Shown piece by piece: positions 38,611-50,880 of a stretch of 64,000 nt of DNA; the stretch's first letter is position 1, and each line of letters begins with the position of its first letter. The notes beneath the pieces are model-generated. The model was not told the DNA's origin and made no database searches. It saw only the letters and a list, made by a program, of their open reading frames with translations. The DNA is from Octopus bimaculoides (Eukaryota), in NCBI RefSeq assembly GCF_001194135.2, contig NC_068984.1:71016816-71080815 (forward strand). Reading direction: 5' to 3'. The position numbers and the translations under genes are program-made.

Positions 38611-39974
38611 AAAATATATACAGGTTTTAGTGAACAAATATTAAGATATTCTTTGAAAAATAAAAGAAACAGCACTATTTAGCTATTAAAGGGGACTAAC
38701 AACAAGAAAGCCATCAAATTATGAGTATGTCCCTTGCTACGTCTGTGACATCACAACGCAGAAAATCAGTAAAATCACTCATACCATTTCCGCGGATAAT
38801 ACTTCCTTCAGCTGCGTGTTTTCTTCAAAAGACTTTATATATCTATAAAGAATTTAGTTTAATTCTTACCCTTCGTCTAAAGAATATTGTCGATCCACAA
38901 TCGATATTAATGATCCCGAGGAGGGGAGATGTCATCGTCTGTGGATGTTTTTTTAATGCGAATATAATAATTTGTATGATGATACATACATTTATATATA
39001 CATATATTCACATATTCAAAAAATGGACCAAACATTATCGGTAACAAACCTCTGGTTAAAATCAAGGGTGGTGCGCCTTCCTGGCTTACTGGCTTAGGGA
39101 ATCTATCATTCTACTTTCTGTTGCAGTACATACCCGCAAAGATCTCGTTGGCAACAGCAAGCGTAGTGTACTTCAAGAATATTTTTTTATTGCTTATTGC
39201 TTAGTCGGCTAGTATTCTGGCTTGCTATTGCTTTATGCTAAAATAAAATAGCTAAACTTACAAGAATCTCATAAAAAGTAATAAAAAAATACTGAAAAGA
39301 ATCAGAGAATATATTAAAATACATTTGTTAAATATCATATCCTACAGAATTGGAAAGAATGAAAAAAAATAAATAAAAGAGGGGAAACAAATGTCAATCA
39401 CCACTTGAATATAATCTCACCTGATACGTCTTCTGGAATATGAGCTGTTGAGAATGTCTAGAAGACAGAAGAGTGTCAATAATAAAACGGAATCTGACAG
39501 GCTTTCGGACAATTTGTCTGAGACTGTATCAAATTAGCCTCTCATACCATCGAGTTTATTTTCTCTACTTTGTTTTGGTTTTTACATATATATTCGGTAA
39601 AAATTAATTGATCTAAAGATGATTGCCTTAGATTTTCGATCAATCTTTATAGGTAAGAATAACGCAGCTGATGTAGCAATTAAACGTTATGGGAAGTTGA
39701 TGATTGTATCATATAAACGGGCATTTGGGGCGGAAGAGGTTTCAATTGAAGATTAAGAGGTTATATGAGAAGAGGGCCGAAAAAATAAGTGCAGTGAGTT
39801 CACTTACTGGACGATAGTTTGCAGCTTGATTGTTCAGAGAAAAAAACGTCATTGCCGATGCTATAGAGAAGACAGAGAAATATATTCTATATAGCAACTT
39901 TATAAGAGCATATAATATATATGTGTGTGTGTGTGTGTATGTTTACACACACTCACTCAAACGCACATATGACA

Positions 39975-41000
39975 TTCAGCTGTGTGGTAAGAAGCTTTCT
40001 TCCTAACCACATAGTCCCGGGTTCAGTCCCACTGCGTGATACCTTGTGTAACTGACTTCTACTATAGCTCCGACTAGTCAGAGCATTCTTCTAAGTACAT
40101 TTGGCAGACGAAAGTTGAAAGAAGCTCGTCGTATATAGGTATATATAATGTAGGTGGCCCATTAACAATTAAAACATGCAAGCAAATTTATAAACAATGG
40201 TACAAAATAGTACAATCATTGATAGAAACGAGAGTGAAAAGCCACTCAAATAACCACAAAAAAAAAACACATATCTTAGTAAGGTGAAGAAAGAGAAGGA
40301 GTGAAAAAGTTACATACTGTAGTGAGACAAGCTCACAAGTGAAGCAGGTATAACCATAACACGGGATTTCGAACTCAGATGCTTTGCATCTCAGTTCTCG
40401 GTAGTGGATCTTACTGCGCCTAGGGTTAGGCATAACTCGCTGCCTCATCTCAAAGAAAAATCGTGGGAAGCATGCACCATTTCAAAACGGTAGATGTGTA
40501 CTCCATAAATAATGTGGGTGGCTCATTAGCAATTAAAACCTACAGACAAATTTATAAACAAGGGTACAAAATAGTACCAGTATTGCTGGAAAGAAGAGTA
40601 AAAAAATGACTAAATTAGCCAGAAAAAGCACTTATCTCAATAAGTTGACGAGAGGGAGCGACAAAGCTACGTACCGCAGTGAGACAAGGCCACAAATGAA
40701 GCAGATATATCCATTTCAGTTCTCGGTCAGCTTTTTAATGTAAGTGCTTGTTGTGGCTAATGGAGTCGTTTTTTGGTTCTTGTTTCTATCAATGCTGGTA
40801 CTATTTTGNNNNNNNNNNTATATATAAAATATGTGCGTGTGTCTTTGCGTCGATGTTTTTACTCCGCTATCCCTTGACAACCGACGTTAGTTTGTTTACG
40901 TCCCCCGTAATTTAGCGGTTCGGCAAAAAAAGAATGAGATAGAATAAGTACTAGGCTCACAAAGAATAAGTCCTGGGGCCAATTTCTCCGACTTAAACCC
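39975..41000 (+). mobile_element. SINE family 1, split by a ~670-bp insertion
   Basis: Head 39975-40135 (gtgtggtaagaagctttcttcctaaccacatagtcccgggttcagtcccactgcg); body resumes at 40819 (cccttgacaaccgacgttagtttgtttacgtcccccgtaatttagcggttcggc...gaataagtcctgggg). Confidence 0.8.
40147..40728. repeat. Diverged direct duplication, period ~364 bp
   Basis: aatgtaggtggcccattaacaattaaaac...gtgagacaag..acaa.tgaagcag.tata.ccat at 40147-40358 and again at 40511-40714; tcagttctcggt is shared. Confidence 0.85.
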
Positions 41001-42019
41001 TTACATATTTATTACGCTTTTACAAGATAAGTAGTGACAATGACTTCGGCGATTTGTCCTGTTAGCCTTGATCGGATTAATGAAACCAGAGATCTATAAT
41101 AACCCAATGTAAATTGATCCACTTTTATTCATGTACTTATTTGATTTGGCCATTCAAGACAGCGAAATAATTTTTGCATACGTTTGTACATTCCATATTA
41201 TTCTAGAAATACTCTATATAAACAATGCAATAACCATGAAACGCACACATAATGTATGAATGTATTTGAAAAATTATTTCCCCACGAGTTTGCAGATATT
41301 TAAATTCCATACATTGTAAAGATTAATGCTTTTACAGATGAAATTATGTTTATGATCCGCACCAATTAATAAAACATTAAACACGTACAAAGAAATACTC
41401 TTTATTTGAAATATCAGAACTACACTCTAAAAGACATCTTAAATTTAATTCTTATATCTTTCCATCTTCTGAAATCATAGTTACAATAAGCTTATTGTAT
41501 TGTTATTATTAATGCAATTAAAGTAAACTGTAAGTGTTGTAATATTTAGCTAATTCCATCTACAACTGTAATGTCAGAAATCTCTCCGACTACAATAGTA
41601 CTGTCCAATACTCAAATCAGTTACAACTTTTGCATGTGGATAAATTTAGAAAGGTTTAAATCACTGTGTTTCTGTCTAACCCGAAAGCAATACCATCCGT
41701 AGGATTTATATCGACTTCATGGAGGATTCTTTTGAAATATTCTTTTATCAACGTGCGCTAAATTGCAGAACCTTAAAGGAAATTTGATGTAAACCACTCC
41801 AAATATGAATAGTTCTTCAACAAAAGAAGATTTGTAGAATTGAATATCCAGTGGTCAATCATCAGCCATTTTGCCTTTTAAAATAGTTTCGTACGAAACT
41901 GCACAGAAACATGTGGTATTCCATATTGTGCATACAGAGTTGTAATTTAAAATTATGGGCCATCAAATGCTTGACAAAAAGCGATTGCACCGTATTGACT
42001 GCTTTATTTTATCTTTCAT

Positions 42020-42385
42020 AATTTACATGTTTTAATCATTAGGCTGTGGCCATGTTGGAATACCGCTTTGTAGAATTTTAACCGAACGAAACGACCTCAG
42101 TACATTTTTTAAAAGTCTGGTACTTATTCTATCAGTCTCTTTTAGCCGTATCATTGGTTTACAAGGACGTTAACATGTGAACACCGGTTGCCAGTCGGTA
42201 TTGGGCAATACAAATAGATACAAAGGCACACACACATAACTCACATATAGATATTCTGTCTATCAAATCTACTCATAAGAACTGAGGCTATAGTAGTAGA
42301 CACTTTCCCATAACGTATCGCATGGGATTCAAACCGGAATCATGTGGAGGCGAGGCAAACGTCTTACCACACAACCAAGTCTGTG
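42020..42385 (-). mobile_element. SINE family 1, near full length, degenerate
   Basis: Reverse head ttggttgtgtggtaagacgtttgcctcgcctccacatgattccggtttgaatcccatgcg; tail gcggtattccaacatggccacagcctaatgattaaaac. Confidence 0.75.
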
Positions 42386-42562
42386 TGATAAGAAGTAATA
42401 TTTCAATAACTGATTTTGAAGACAATTAGTTCTAGTTATTTGAGGTTGCATAGGTATGAATGTTCACTTTTGAAATTATCAACATACATATGTACATAAA
42501 TGTACACGCGTTCACACAGACATAGACACAGACATACATACACATACACACGCACACACACG

Positions 42563-42614
<52 letters not shown>

Positions 42615-42901
42615 TTAATGCTTATGACACTACATCACAGGATACCCATTTTCAACACGTTAATTACGAACTGTCTCCTCATTTTTCAGATAAGCGATGC
42701 ATCATAAGACAATAATATCGCTCCATTTTATCATGTCAAAGGAACAGCTAAACGCTAATATAATAATTTCTTTTTATTCTTTTCTACTCAATATATTCCA
42801 AGTTTTATGACCTGTGTTTCATAATCGCCATAAGATTTCAAAGAGATTATTCGTGTAATAATTTGCGATATTTAATATATTACACACATACATATACACA
42901 C

Positions 42902-42974
<73 letters not shown>

Positions 42975-43544
42975 ATATATATATATAAAATCGAACTCAC
43001 ACAAGGTATGCGTGTTGTTAGTTCGTGGATCGGCTACAGGTTTTAGGCGTAAGAGAATGTATTCCCTATGCGCCTGGGGTAAAATGAAACACCTGAAAGT
43101 AAGTTATAGTTAAACAAGACAACTCACATAGGTCCCTTCTCGGAGCCACTGTCATTGATGTTTAGTCATTGTTGTGACTTATCAATGCCACCTACCGAAC
43201 ATGGGCCGCTGTAAGCCATATCACCGACTATGACAGAGTACCCTCCATCAACAGATTCTTAGCAGCAATAATGTTCTTACCCGAGTGATCTGCTAATATA
43301 AATTTAGACTGCTTGTATTTGTAACTTAACAGAAAAGCAGAAAACCACATTTTAATATATATATATATATAAGGTTAAGGAGGGTATTGGATTTAACCAA
43401 ACCCAAGAGGATACAGGTAATACCGAGTAAGTGCTGTATACCGACTAGTTTGCCCCAGTCGTTGCATGAACAGGATTGAGTATTATAAGTCGTGTATTAG
43501 CGTGTGTATATGTAAATATGTAAAAAACAAAATGATAAAGAGAG

Positions 43545-43721
43545 CAAAGGTAAGGTTGGAGAAGTATTTTATGGATAGAGTCATACAGCTGTTTCTGGGA
43601 AGATCCAGTACTTCCCTTCATCGGAGACACAAAAAATAAAGTAATCTATTATTATATCCATAGGCGGATATCCGCCTATGTAAGACTCTATCCATAAAAT
43701 ACTTCTCCAACCTTACCTTTG
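43545..43721. repeat. Perfect 38-bp inverted repeat enclosing a perfect 22-bp palindrome
   Basis: caaaggtaaggttggagaagtattttatggatagagtc (43545-43582) has its exact reverse complement at 43684-43721; cataggcggatatccgcctatg at 43659-43680. Confidence 0.92.
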
Positions 43722-44094
43722 GTNNNNNNNNNNNNNNNNNNNNNNNNNNNNNNNNNNNNNNNNNNNNNNNNNNNNNNNNNNNNNNNNNNNNNNNNNNNNN
43801 NNNNNNNNNNNNNNNNNNNNNNNNNNNNNNNNNNNNNNNNNNNNNNNNNNNNNNNNNNNNNNNNNNNNNNNNNNNNNNNNNNTATATATATATATATATA
43901 TGTAAAAAAAAATATATATACATTTGTTTTCGTTCTCTCTCAGATGAAATCCCATCAAGGTCATCTTTGCATTGCATGCTATCGGGACCAGTAAAATAAA
44001 GTACTAATAGTCATGTACTGAGAGTGTGACCTTTTACTAGAATTTAAAAGAATTGTTTTTTTCATTTTTTTAATTATTAACATAGCCATTACTA

Positions 44095-44255
44095 AGGCGG
44101 CAACTTGGCAGAATCGTTGTTATGCCGGGCACAATCCTTAGCGGTATTTCTTGTATCATTTTCGTTCCTGAGTTCAAATTCTGCCTTGGTTGTCTTTGCA
44201 ATTTATACTTTCGAGCTTGTCAAAATAAGTGCCATCAGCGCAGGATTGTAGTAAC
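44095..44255 (+). mobile_element. SINE family 2
   Basis: aaggcggcaacttggcagaatcgtt...gcggtatttc...ctgagttcaaattctgcc. Confidence 0.75.
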
Positions 44256-46330
44256 TTAAAAATATATTTGTTCTCATGTGTTTTGTAGGCTGAAATTTCA
44301 GTTGAGTTAGAATATTTTCTGAGAATCTGTACTGGAAGATCCTCTTTAAAGATGCAGTCTTTTGTAGAATAGTATGGCAAATTCATTTGAAGCAGTATTA
44401 TTGTGTCTGACGTCATGCCTATGCCCATTAAAACGGGTGCTTAATTTTTTTATGCTATGCAAGTCACATAAATCATATTTGGTGCTTTCAGTTGCATACA
44501 TTAAATGAGAGTCATTAGAGCTCTCATATGCCATATAAACAGTAAAATTTCTTTTATAATTTGCAATGGAGTTGACCTTCATTCTGCTGTACTACAATGA
44601 ACAGAGGGTATTTGTCTTGCAACAGTCATTAGGGCAAAAGTTAAAAAAAAAACAAAAAAAAACACAGTGATGTTTTGATTACGATCAGAAGTGCTAGTTT
44701 ATATTTGTCTTATATTTTTGTTGCGCCAAAAGGCAACAATAAATGGATTAGGAAATAATACTTTGAAACGTTATTTTTATGAAATATGTGGATGAAAGTC
44801 ATGCAACACTTTTGAAATGCCAGTCAAATTTTGATTTCAGCTAATAACAAAATAAATTCCGTCATTATATTTCTTGTGACTGATATAATTTAGCTTGAAA
44901 GTTTGACACTCGTTGATTTTAGCAGTGTCATTTGCAAATTCCTTCAATTGTCGTTCACTATAAACGCGTTTGACGCACAAAATCCTTTTCTTGTTTCTAG
45001 TAATCAACATGTCAGCACAAACCCGTTTTATTCTAAAAAGATTAGGATTTGGATTTGACTTAATTATATGATATGGATTATCAAGTGTAAAGAGGTGTGG
45101 AATGACGCAATGCTACAAAATGGTTCTGTTACTAAGCGGTCTTCGGAAAGTCTAGCTTTCATTTAGTTTTCAGAAGTGGACGCTAGGATCTGAAAAACTA
45201 GATGAGAATTCTATTTAAGACTTAAAACTTATAGCCTTGAATGATCTGTAACTGAAATGAAAAATTTCAACTTCTCTTCCTTCCCAGACATAAAAAATGT
45301 CATCATTGATCTGTAACCATAACATTGGATTTGTTACCGTGTAAATATATAAATGTCTTCAATAATTGTAGTCTAAATATTTGACTCGGAGACATAAGGC
45401 AAATGTGGGTGCCAATCCCTTCATCTGGAGGTAAAACCGTTGTCCAATTTTCATTACGTTGCTTAGTAATATGCACTACAATAAATTGCCAAGGAAAATA
45501 CTTAAAGTACTTTTGTTTAATTGTTTTGAAAAATTATCTATACACGCTTCCATCCACTCATCGTAGTCAATCTCGAGGTTAATCGAAGAAGTATCCATGA
45601 ATACGAAAAAACGAAATAAGTTTCCGGATCCATTTCTGATTAGATTAATTGTTGGAATTGGAAATATATCAAAAGAATCCCGAATATTTAAAGCTCGAAT
45701 TTATTTTTGCTGCAAGAACTAGGATGTCGTCCAGTCGTCCAAATAATTTACTTCTGCAGAATGTAATAGTGGTAAGTTTCCAAACATTTCTAGAAGGTCA
45801 TACAATACGGCAAGTTTTGCTCTGACTGCCAAATTTTATACTCACTAATATTTCTAAAGTTATTCACCTCCATTTCCAAAATTATTTTGCCAAGTTCTTT
45901 TCTGTTGTCGTGGTTTGGATCAACATGTAATTCTTTAGAAGTTAAAATATACACATCCTTGTCCACTATTAAGATAGCACACAGATTATTTGCTATTTTG
46001 ATAACAACAGAAGCATTGTTAGATTGATGGCGAAATGTGTTACACAGGGAATTTGTGATGTTATTCTAAGACTTGTTTCGTACTTTCCCTATTACCTATT
46101 TGACAACATTGACAAATTCTAGGAGCAACTGTTAACATTCTCCTGGATTTTATTCGCGTCCCAATTAAAATTGTTTGTGATCTAATATGTGAGATTCGTT
46201 TATTATCCTCATTTTCAATGAAAATGAGATCTTCAACCTCCATATTACAATTTTTGTTTTTCATAAAATGTTTCATAAGCTTGTGACAAATTGAAGCAAA
46301 CCTTGAGTTAGTTTATTTTAGTCAATATTC
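44255..46330 (-). mobile_element. Penelope-like element (PLE) remnant: RT plus GIY-YIG endonuclease
   Basis: Minus strand, in the correct order: VVIKIANNLCAILIVDKDVY (IVIK.ADKG.AVV.DK..Y), MDTSSINLEIDYDEWMEAC, ILLSNVMKIGQRFYLQMKGLAPTFA, PMLWLQINDDIFYVWEG (W.RYIDDIF.IW), then LSTRFNGHRHDV and LPVQIL...ENKYIFKL. Many stops. Confidence 0.75.
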
Positions 46331-46377
46331 TTAGCGTTAGGCGACAAGCAGAATCTATACTCTAAGACGGTTATTGC

Positions 46378-46429
46378 CTGCTAATAGGTTTAACTTAAAT
46401 AAATTTATCTAAGTTAAGCCTATTAGCAG
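46378..46429. repeat. 52-bp near-perfect palindrome
   Basis: ctgctaataggtttaacttaaataaa|tttatctaagttaagcctattagcag: 26-bp arms, 2 mismatches, no spacer. Confidence 0.92.
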
Positions 46430-47231
46430 ATCGACTATTTTCTAGTGTGACCGATGTTCGGGGCGAGCATCTTTTGTGATATTACATTAATTATATTTCT
46501 GAGAGCCTTTTGATTTTTACTGATATTCTTCAGTTAAAATACGGAACCACTAAGGGATAAAACTGTCCGGTGAATTTTCATATGAGAAGTTATAGCAACT
46601 AGTAGCCGTTTGTTATGTAATAGTAGCCCGTTTTGGGGTAAGTGATAAAACATAAGTGACATATTGGACACAAATATGCTGTTTTAAAGCAAAATTTGAA
46701 ATGTGTTCGCATTTTGGTTCACTCAAATAAACACTTTTCTCTAAAGCTTCTGACTGGTTCAAGCGCGTGTGTAAGGAACCACAAAATTGCAACTGCGTGG
46801 TCCAGCTTTAGGATTATTTATTTGAACTTTTTGAATTGTAGGAGTTGGGTTTTTTTTGTGGAGAGTAATGCGGTTAGCTCATGTAATGCAGATAAATTTA
46901 AACTGTGATATACATTGACGTCTCCCAGAAAATTGTTTCAGTTGCATGGTGAGTGAACAATGTATGATGTGAGGAGTATTAATAAATTCCATATTGTAAA
47001 GGTATTTGGCTGTATACGAATATCAGGGAAGTTTCCTCTTATTATTTGCACGCTGGAATCGACAAGTATGTCATTGCAGAAAATCAAAATTAGCTTCTCA
47101 AATTAAACATTTTAACAAAATTGTTCCGTCAATACTTGGCCTATTTCTTTCACCTTTTTTCAAATCGACGAAATCTTTTCATCCTCACAAAAATAACTGA
47201 AATGATTCTGTGAAGAATATACTTCCTCAAA

Positions 47232-47712
47232 AAGGCGACGAGCTGGCAGAAATGTTAGCATGCCGGGCGAAATGCTTAGCTGTATTTCGTCNNNNNNNNN
47301 NCCGGGCGAAATGCTTAGCTGTATTTCGTCTGTCTTTAAGTTCCAAGTTCAAATTCCACCGAGGTCGACTGTGCAGTTCATCCTCTCGGAGTCGATAAAT
47401 TAAGTACCAATTGCGTACTGGGGTCGATCTAACTGACTGGCCCCATCTCCCAAAATTTCGGGCCTTGTGTTTAGAGTAGAAAAGATTCTTTAAGGCGTCG
47501 AGCTGGCAGAAACGTTAGCACGCTGGGCGAAATGTTTAGCGGTATTTCGTCGGTCTTTACGTTTAGAGTTCAAATTCCACCGCGGTCGACTTTGCCTTTC
47601 ATCTTTTCGGGGTCGACAAATTAAGTACCAGTTGCGTACTGGGGTCTATCTAATAGACTGGCCACCATCCCCCAAAATTTCGGGCCTTGTGCATAGAGTA
47701 CAAAAGAATATA
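47232..47712 (+). mobile_element. Head-to-tail dimer of SINE family 2
   Basis: Copies start aaggcgacgagctggcagaa (47232) and aaggcgtcgagctggcagaa (47492); both contain gagttcaaattccacc.ggtcgact and ggggtcga.aaattaagtacca.ttgcgtactggggtc. Confidence 0.9.
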
Positions 47713-48005
47713 CTTTCTCAAAGATATTCAAACATTTGTATAAATCCGCACCAATTGATACTAATTCTAGTGTTAAATAATAACGTTCATTATGAGAAAT
47801 ACATCCTTCTCATCGATCAGGTTAAATGTTTGAAGCAATAAATGCTAAGTTGCGATGTACACATAGGTATATTTAATGTGAGATATTCGGTATAAACTTA
47901 TATTGCTTGCACGTATCCAGAAATAATGAATGAACTCCTCATTTTTGTGCGAAGACGTTTGAATTTTTTAACTGATAGACATGTCAGTTTTTCACTTTCC
48001 AATAC

Positions 48006-48089
48006 CTAAGTGAAGGAAAAAACACTCATTTGGCACAGGAATTGGTTCAACGCTGGCATCTAGCAAAATTGACAGGGCTGAGAAGCAAG
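48006..48089 (-). other. Candidate 84-nt symmetric exon (unverified)
   Basis: Acceptor ttgttctttttcacag|, donor TAG|gtattg; only phase 1 is open: xCFSALSILLDASVEPIPVPNECFFLHL. Confidence 0.25.
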
Positions 48090-48689
48090 CTGTGAAAAAG
48101 AACAAAAACCTGTTATTATGCTTTTCTTTGAACAACTAACTCGTGTGGAAACAGCCAGAACAAAACGTTCCAGTTCTTATGCAGTGCCACATAAAATCAA
48201 TTATCTTCTCAATGTGATTGCTTTTTTATAACTTATGAAGATTGACGAAAATATTAATCAAGGTAAATATACAATTAGAAGAGCACTATATATAATAAAA
48301 CACATATTGACTTTTCCTTAAATACTATTTCAACAGTCCATTCATCTTCTTCAAGTAAGACAAAGAGAAAGTCAAGACTACACAGGAATGCAGAAATTCA
48401 ACAGTTCATCTAAACTACCAAATGTTCCGTGTGTGACAAAACTGACATGAAGTTTCACTTTTCAAAACTGGTAAAAATAAGAAAAGAACAAAAAGAAAAA
48501 GAAGCCATAAAAAGGTCTGTTACTCAAAATGTTTTGTACAAAGTTTATGGATGGAACGCCCTGGTAATTTTATGCATCTCTATCGTATGTATTTTGAAGA
48601 ATAGAAATTCACAAAAAGTGGAATATTTTGTGAGATAATATCGTTATCGCAGAAATATTCGCTGGCAGAAACGTTAGTACGCCATGCTA

Positions 48690-50880
48690 TCTTGTAAGAA
48701 TTTGAAGATGACAGGAAAGATATGTATCTCAATGGTCTTGAGTATCTAATTATGTGGGACACTATCAAACACTTTCCTGTAGTCTATCCATACCATACTC
48801 CGTTTCTTTTTGCTCCGGCAATACTTTACAATCATTTTACTTATGAGCAATTGATCCTTGCACCTATAAGAATTCCCTTTACAGCCTTCTTTAGCTTGTG
48901 TAAGGATAGATCTCTGTTCACGGAAAGCGTACATTTTGTCAGTTATATGACTGTAAGGAACATGTAGAAGATGTTGAGACATGTTATTGGTCGATAGTTC
49001 TTTGGATATTTTGTGTCTCCTTTTTGTGGTAGCAGGTATGTTGTTTCTTCGGTCAGTCAGGCAGGTATTTGCTCTGAGTTCTAGATGACATCAATCAGAG
49101 ATGCAGTGTAATTTTGGTGTACTTCTGTCACACAATTTAACCAGAGTCCGCTCCAGTACTGGGGTTTTCCATTTGTGAGACTTCTCAAGAGCACATCTTA
49201 GCTCTTCTGTTCCTATTGCCTCCAATTTCTGCTCTTCAGCTCCATCCAGTCTCACTTTCTCACGCTCTATCACCTTGAGCAGTATATTATTTTTTGCTGC
49301 TCTATATCTTCTTCCAGTACTTTCCTATTTCCTCAGTCTTGGGTGGCTTCTTTACTTCTATCTTATTTTTGCCAATTTCCGTATAAAATTTCTTTGCATC
49401 AGTCTTGAACATTTCGTTTTGTCGATAAAATTTAATTATTTTGTCACACCTTCTAAGCCGTTAGGCTTTCAGTTGTATTTGTTCTTTCAATTATTCTTTG
49501 GTTCCAGGGAGGTTTATTAAATCTTTGATTTTATATTTTTGCTTCATTTTTCTAGCTCGTTTCGTCTTAACATTTACTCCTCTAGCAACTTCATCGAGAA
49601 CTGATACATCTGCCCGCAGAGATTTAATCTCTTTTTGTATTGCGACTTTCCACTTAGGATGTCTTTTGCTATGGTTAGTCCTTTTCTGTATCACACTGAT
49701 ACCTAGTTGAGCAGTTACAACTTTAGCAGTGGAATAGATGAGGCTATTCAATGTTGTTAGATCATTTACCTTATTACTTAAGATCTGTATAAGAGCAACA
49801 TTATATATCATGATTATGTTGCTTTTTATGCTGTTTGAGAGCTTTGTCAGCGGTTCCCTATCGATGATGTCAGTAGACTCAGTCTTGCTGAGTTCACTGA
49901 AGATATCTTCTTTTGCTTCTATGATATTCTCCTTATTATTCACCGCAAATTCTGTGCCATACCTATTCTGGTGTTCTTGAGGTAGGTCTATTTTCTCCTC
50001 TTTCCCCGCATATCTGTTCTTTGCTATTCTTTCTTCAGCTTCCCTGTTCGGATGTACTGCTCATATACTGGGTTCTGTGCATTGTTTACTTATTTAATCT
50101 GCATTGTTGCCGTTTTCATTTGGTTTACTATGAGCTATTTGTGTCCTAATTTGGCTAATTTCAGCGTCAGTTAACCTTTTATTCTTAATGATGTCTCTAC
50201 TTAAATTACTTAGTTTATTTGAGTTTATATATCTGCGCACTTTATTGCCTACTATGTTTCTCCATGAAATGTAAGTTTGTACAATGAGGTTATTATTTGG
50301 GTTTAGTTGGGCTGTATAGAAAGCTTTCATCACATCTCTATAATTCTCTGTAGTCCATTTTATGCTTTTTGCTTTAGGTGCGGTTTTTGGTGGCGTCACT
50401 ACAGGCCTATGGTTAGGATTATCCTGGATCTGGTTACCTAGTAGATCGTATTTTAGAGATTTTGTTCCAGCAGCAGGGTTTTTGACCCCAGTCTGGTTCC
50501 ACACTGAGTGATGCAGTAATTGTGTCAGATGATGACCGATCCGGCATGATTTTTGGCTTGTCAGTAAGGCGTTGACAGTGACACTAGGAGACGGGTCTGT
50601 TTGATCAGAATTGACTTTTTGTCTCGATACCGTCTCCTTGTCCTTCGAATGAATATATTTATCATATCGTAGGCTGATAGATCGACAGCTATGTTGCTTG
50701 GCATAACTATTTGGTTTTGTTTTAAACTTAGTGACTAATTTGCTCCTTTTATATTCGTTTGTGGGAAGTTGCCTTGTTTTTGTTTGGTACGGCGTCGCTC
50801 GTGACACGTGTTTTTTCTTTTATAATCCGTGTGTATGTATGTGTCGTGTAAGCATTATTTATGTTGCTTATAAATATTAA
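48690..50880 (-). mobile_element. R4/Dong retrotransposon 5' half (N-terminus to RT domain 2), disrupted ORF
   Basis: ORFs 50094-50807 (KWTTENYRDVMKAFYTA...NSNKLSNLSRDIIKNKRLTDAE), 49491-49943 (PKWKVAIQKEIKSLRADVSVL) and 48746-48982 (GCKGNSYRCKDQLLISKMI...WIDYRKVFDSVPH). Confidence 0.9.

Noticed and set aside
41758-43208. Extending the candidate exon chain through 48006-48089, 47154-47196, 43128-43208, 43001-43092 and 41795-41898, using 35-37-nt introns and in-frame TGA (suggesting tiny introns or TGA recoding)
   Set aside because: It needs two internal stops, a weak donor (gtttac) and introns shorter than expected for this host. Similar 33-34-nt GT..AG segments at 37059 and about 34830 can arise by chance in AT-rich DNA. 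Over-fitting is the simpler explanation.
47263-47330. Direct repeat flanking a 10-N gap
   Set aside because: Contig-overlap artefact of scaffolding.
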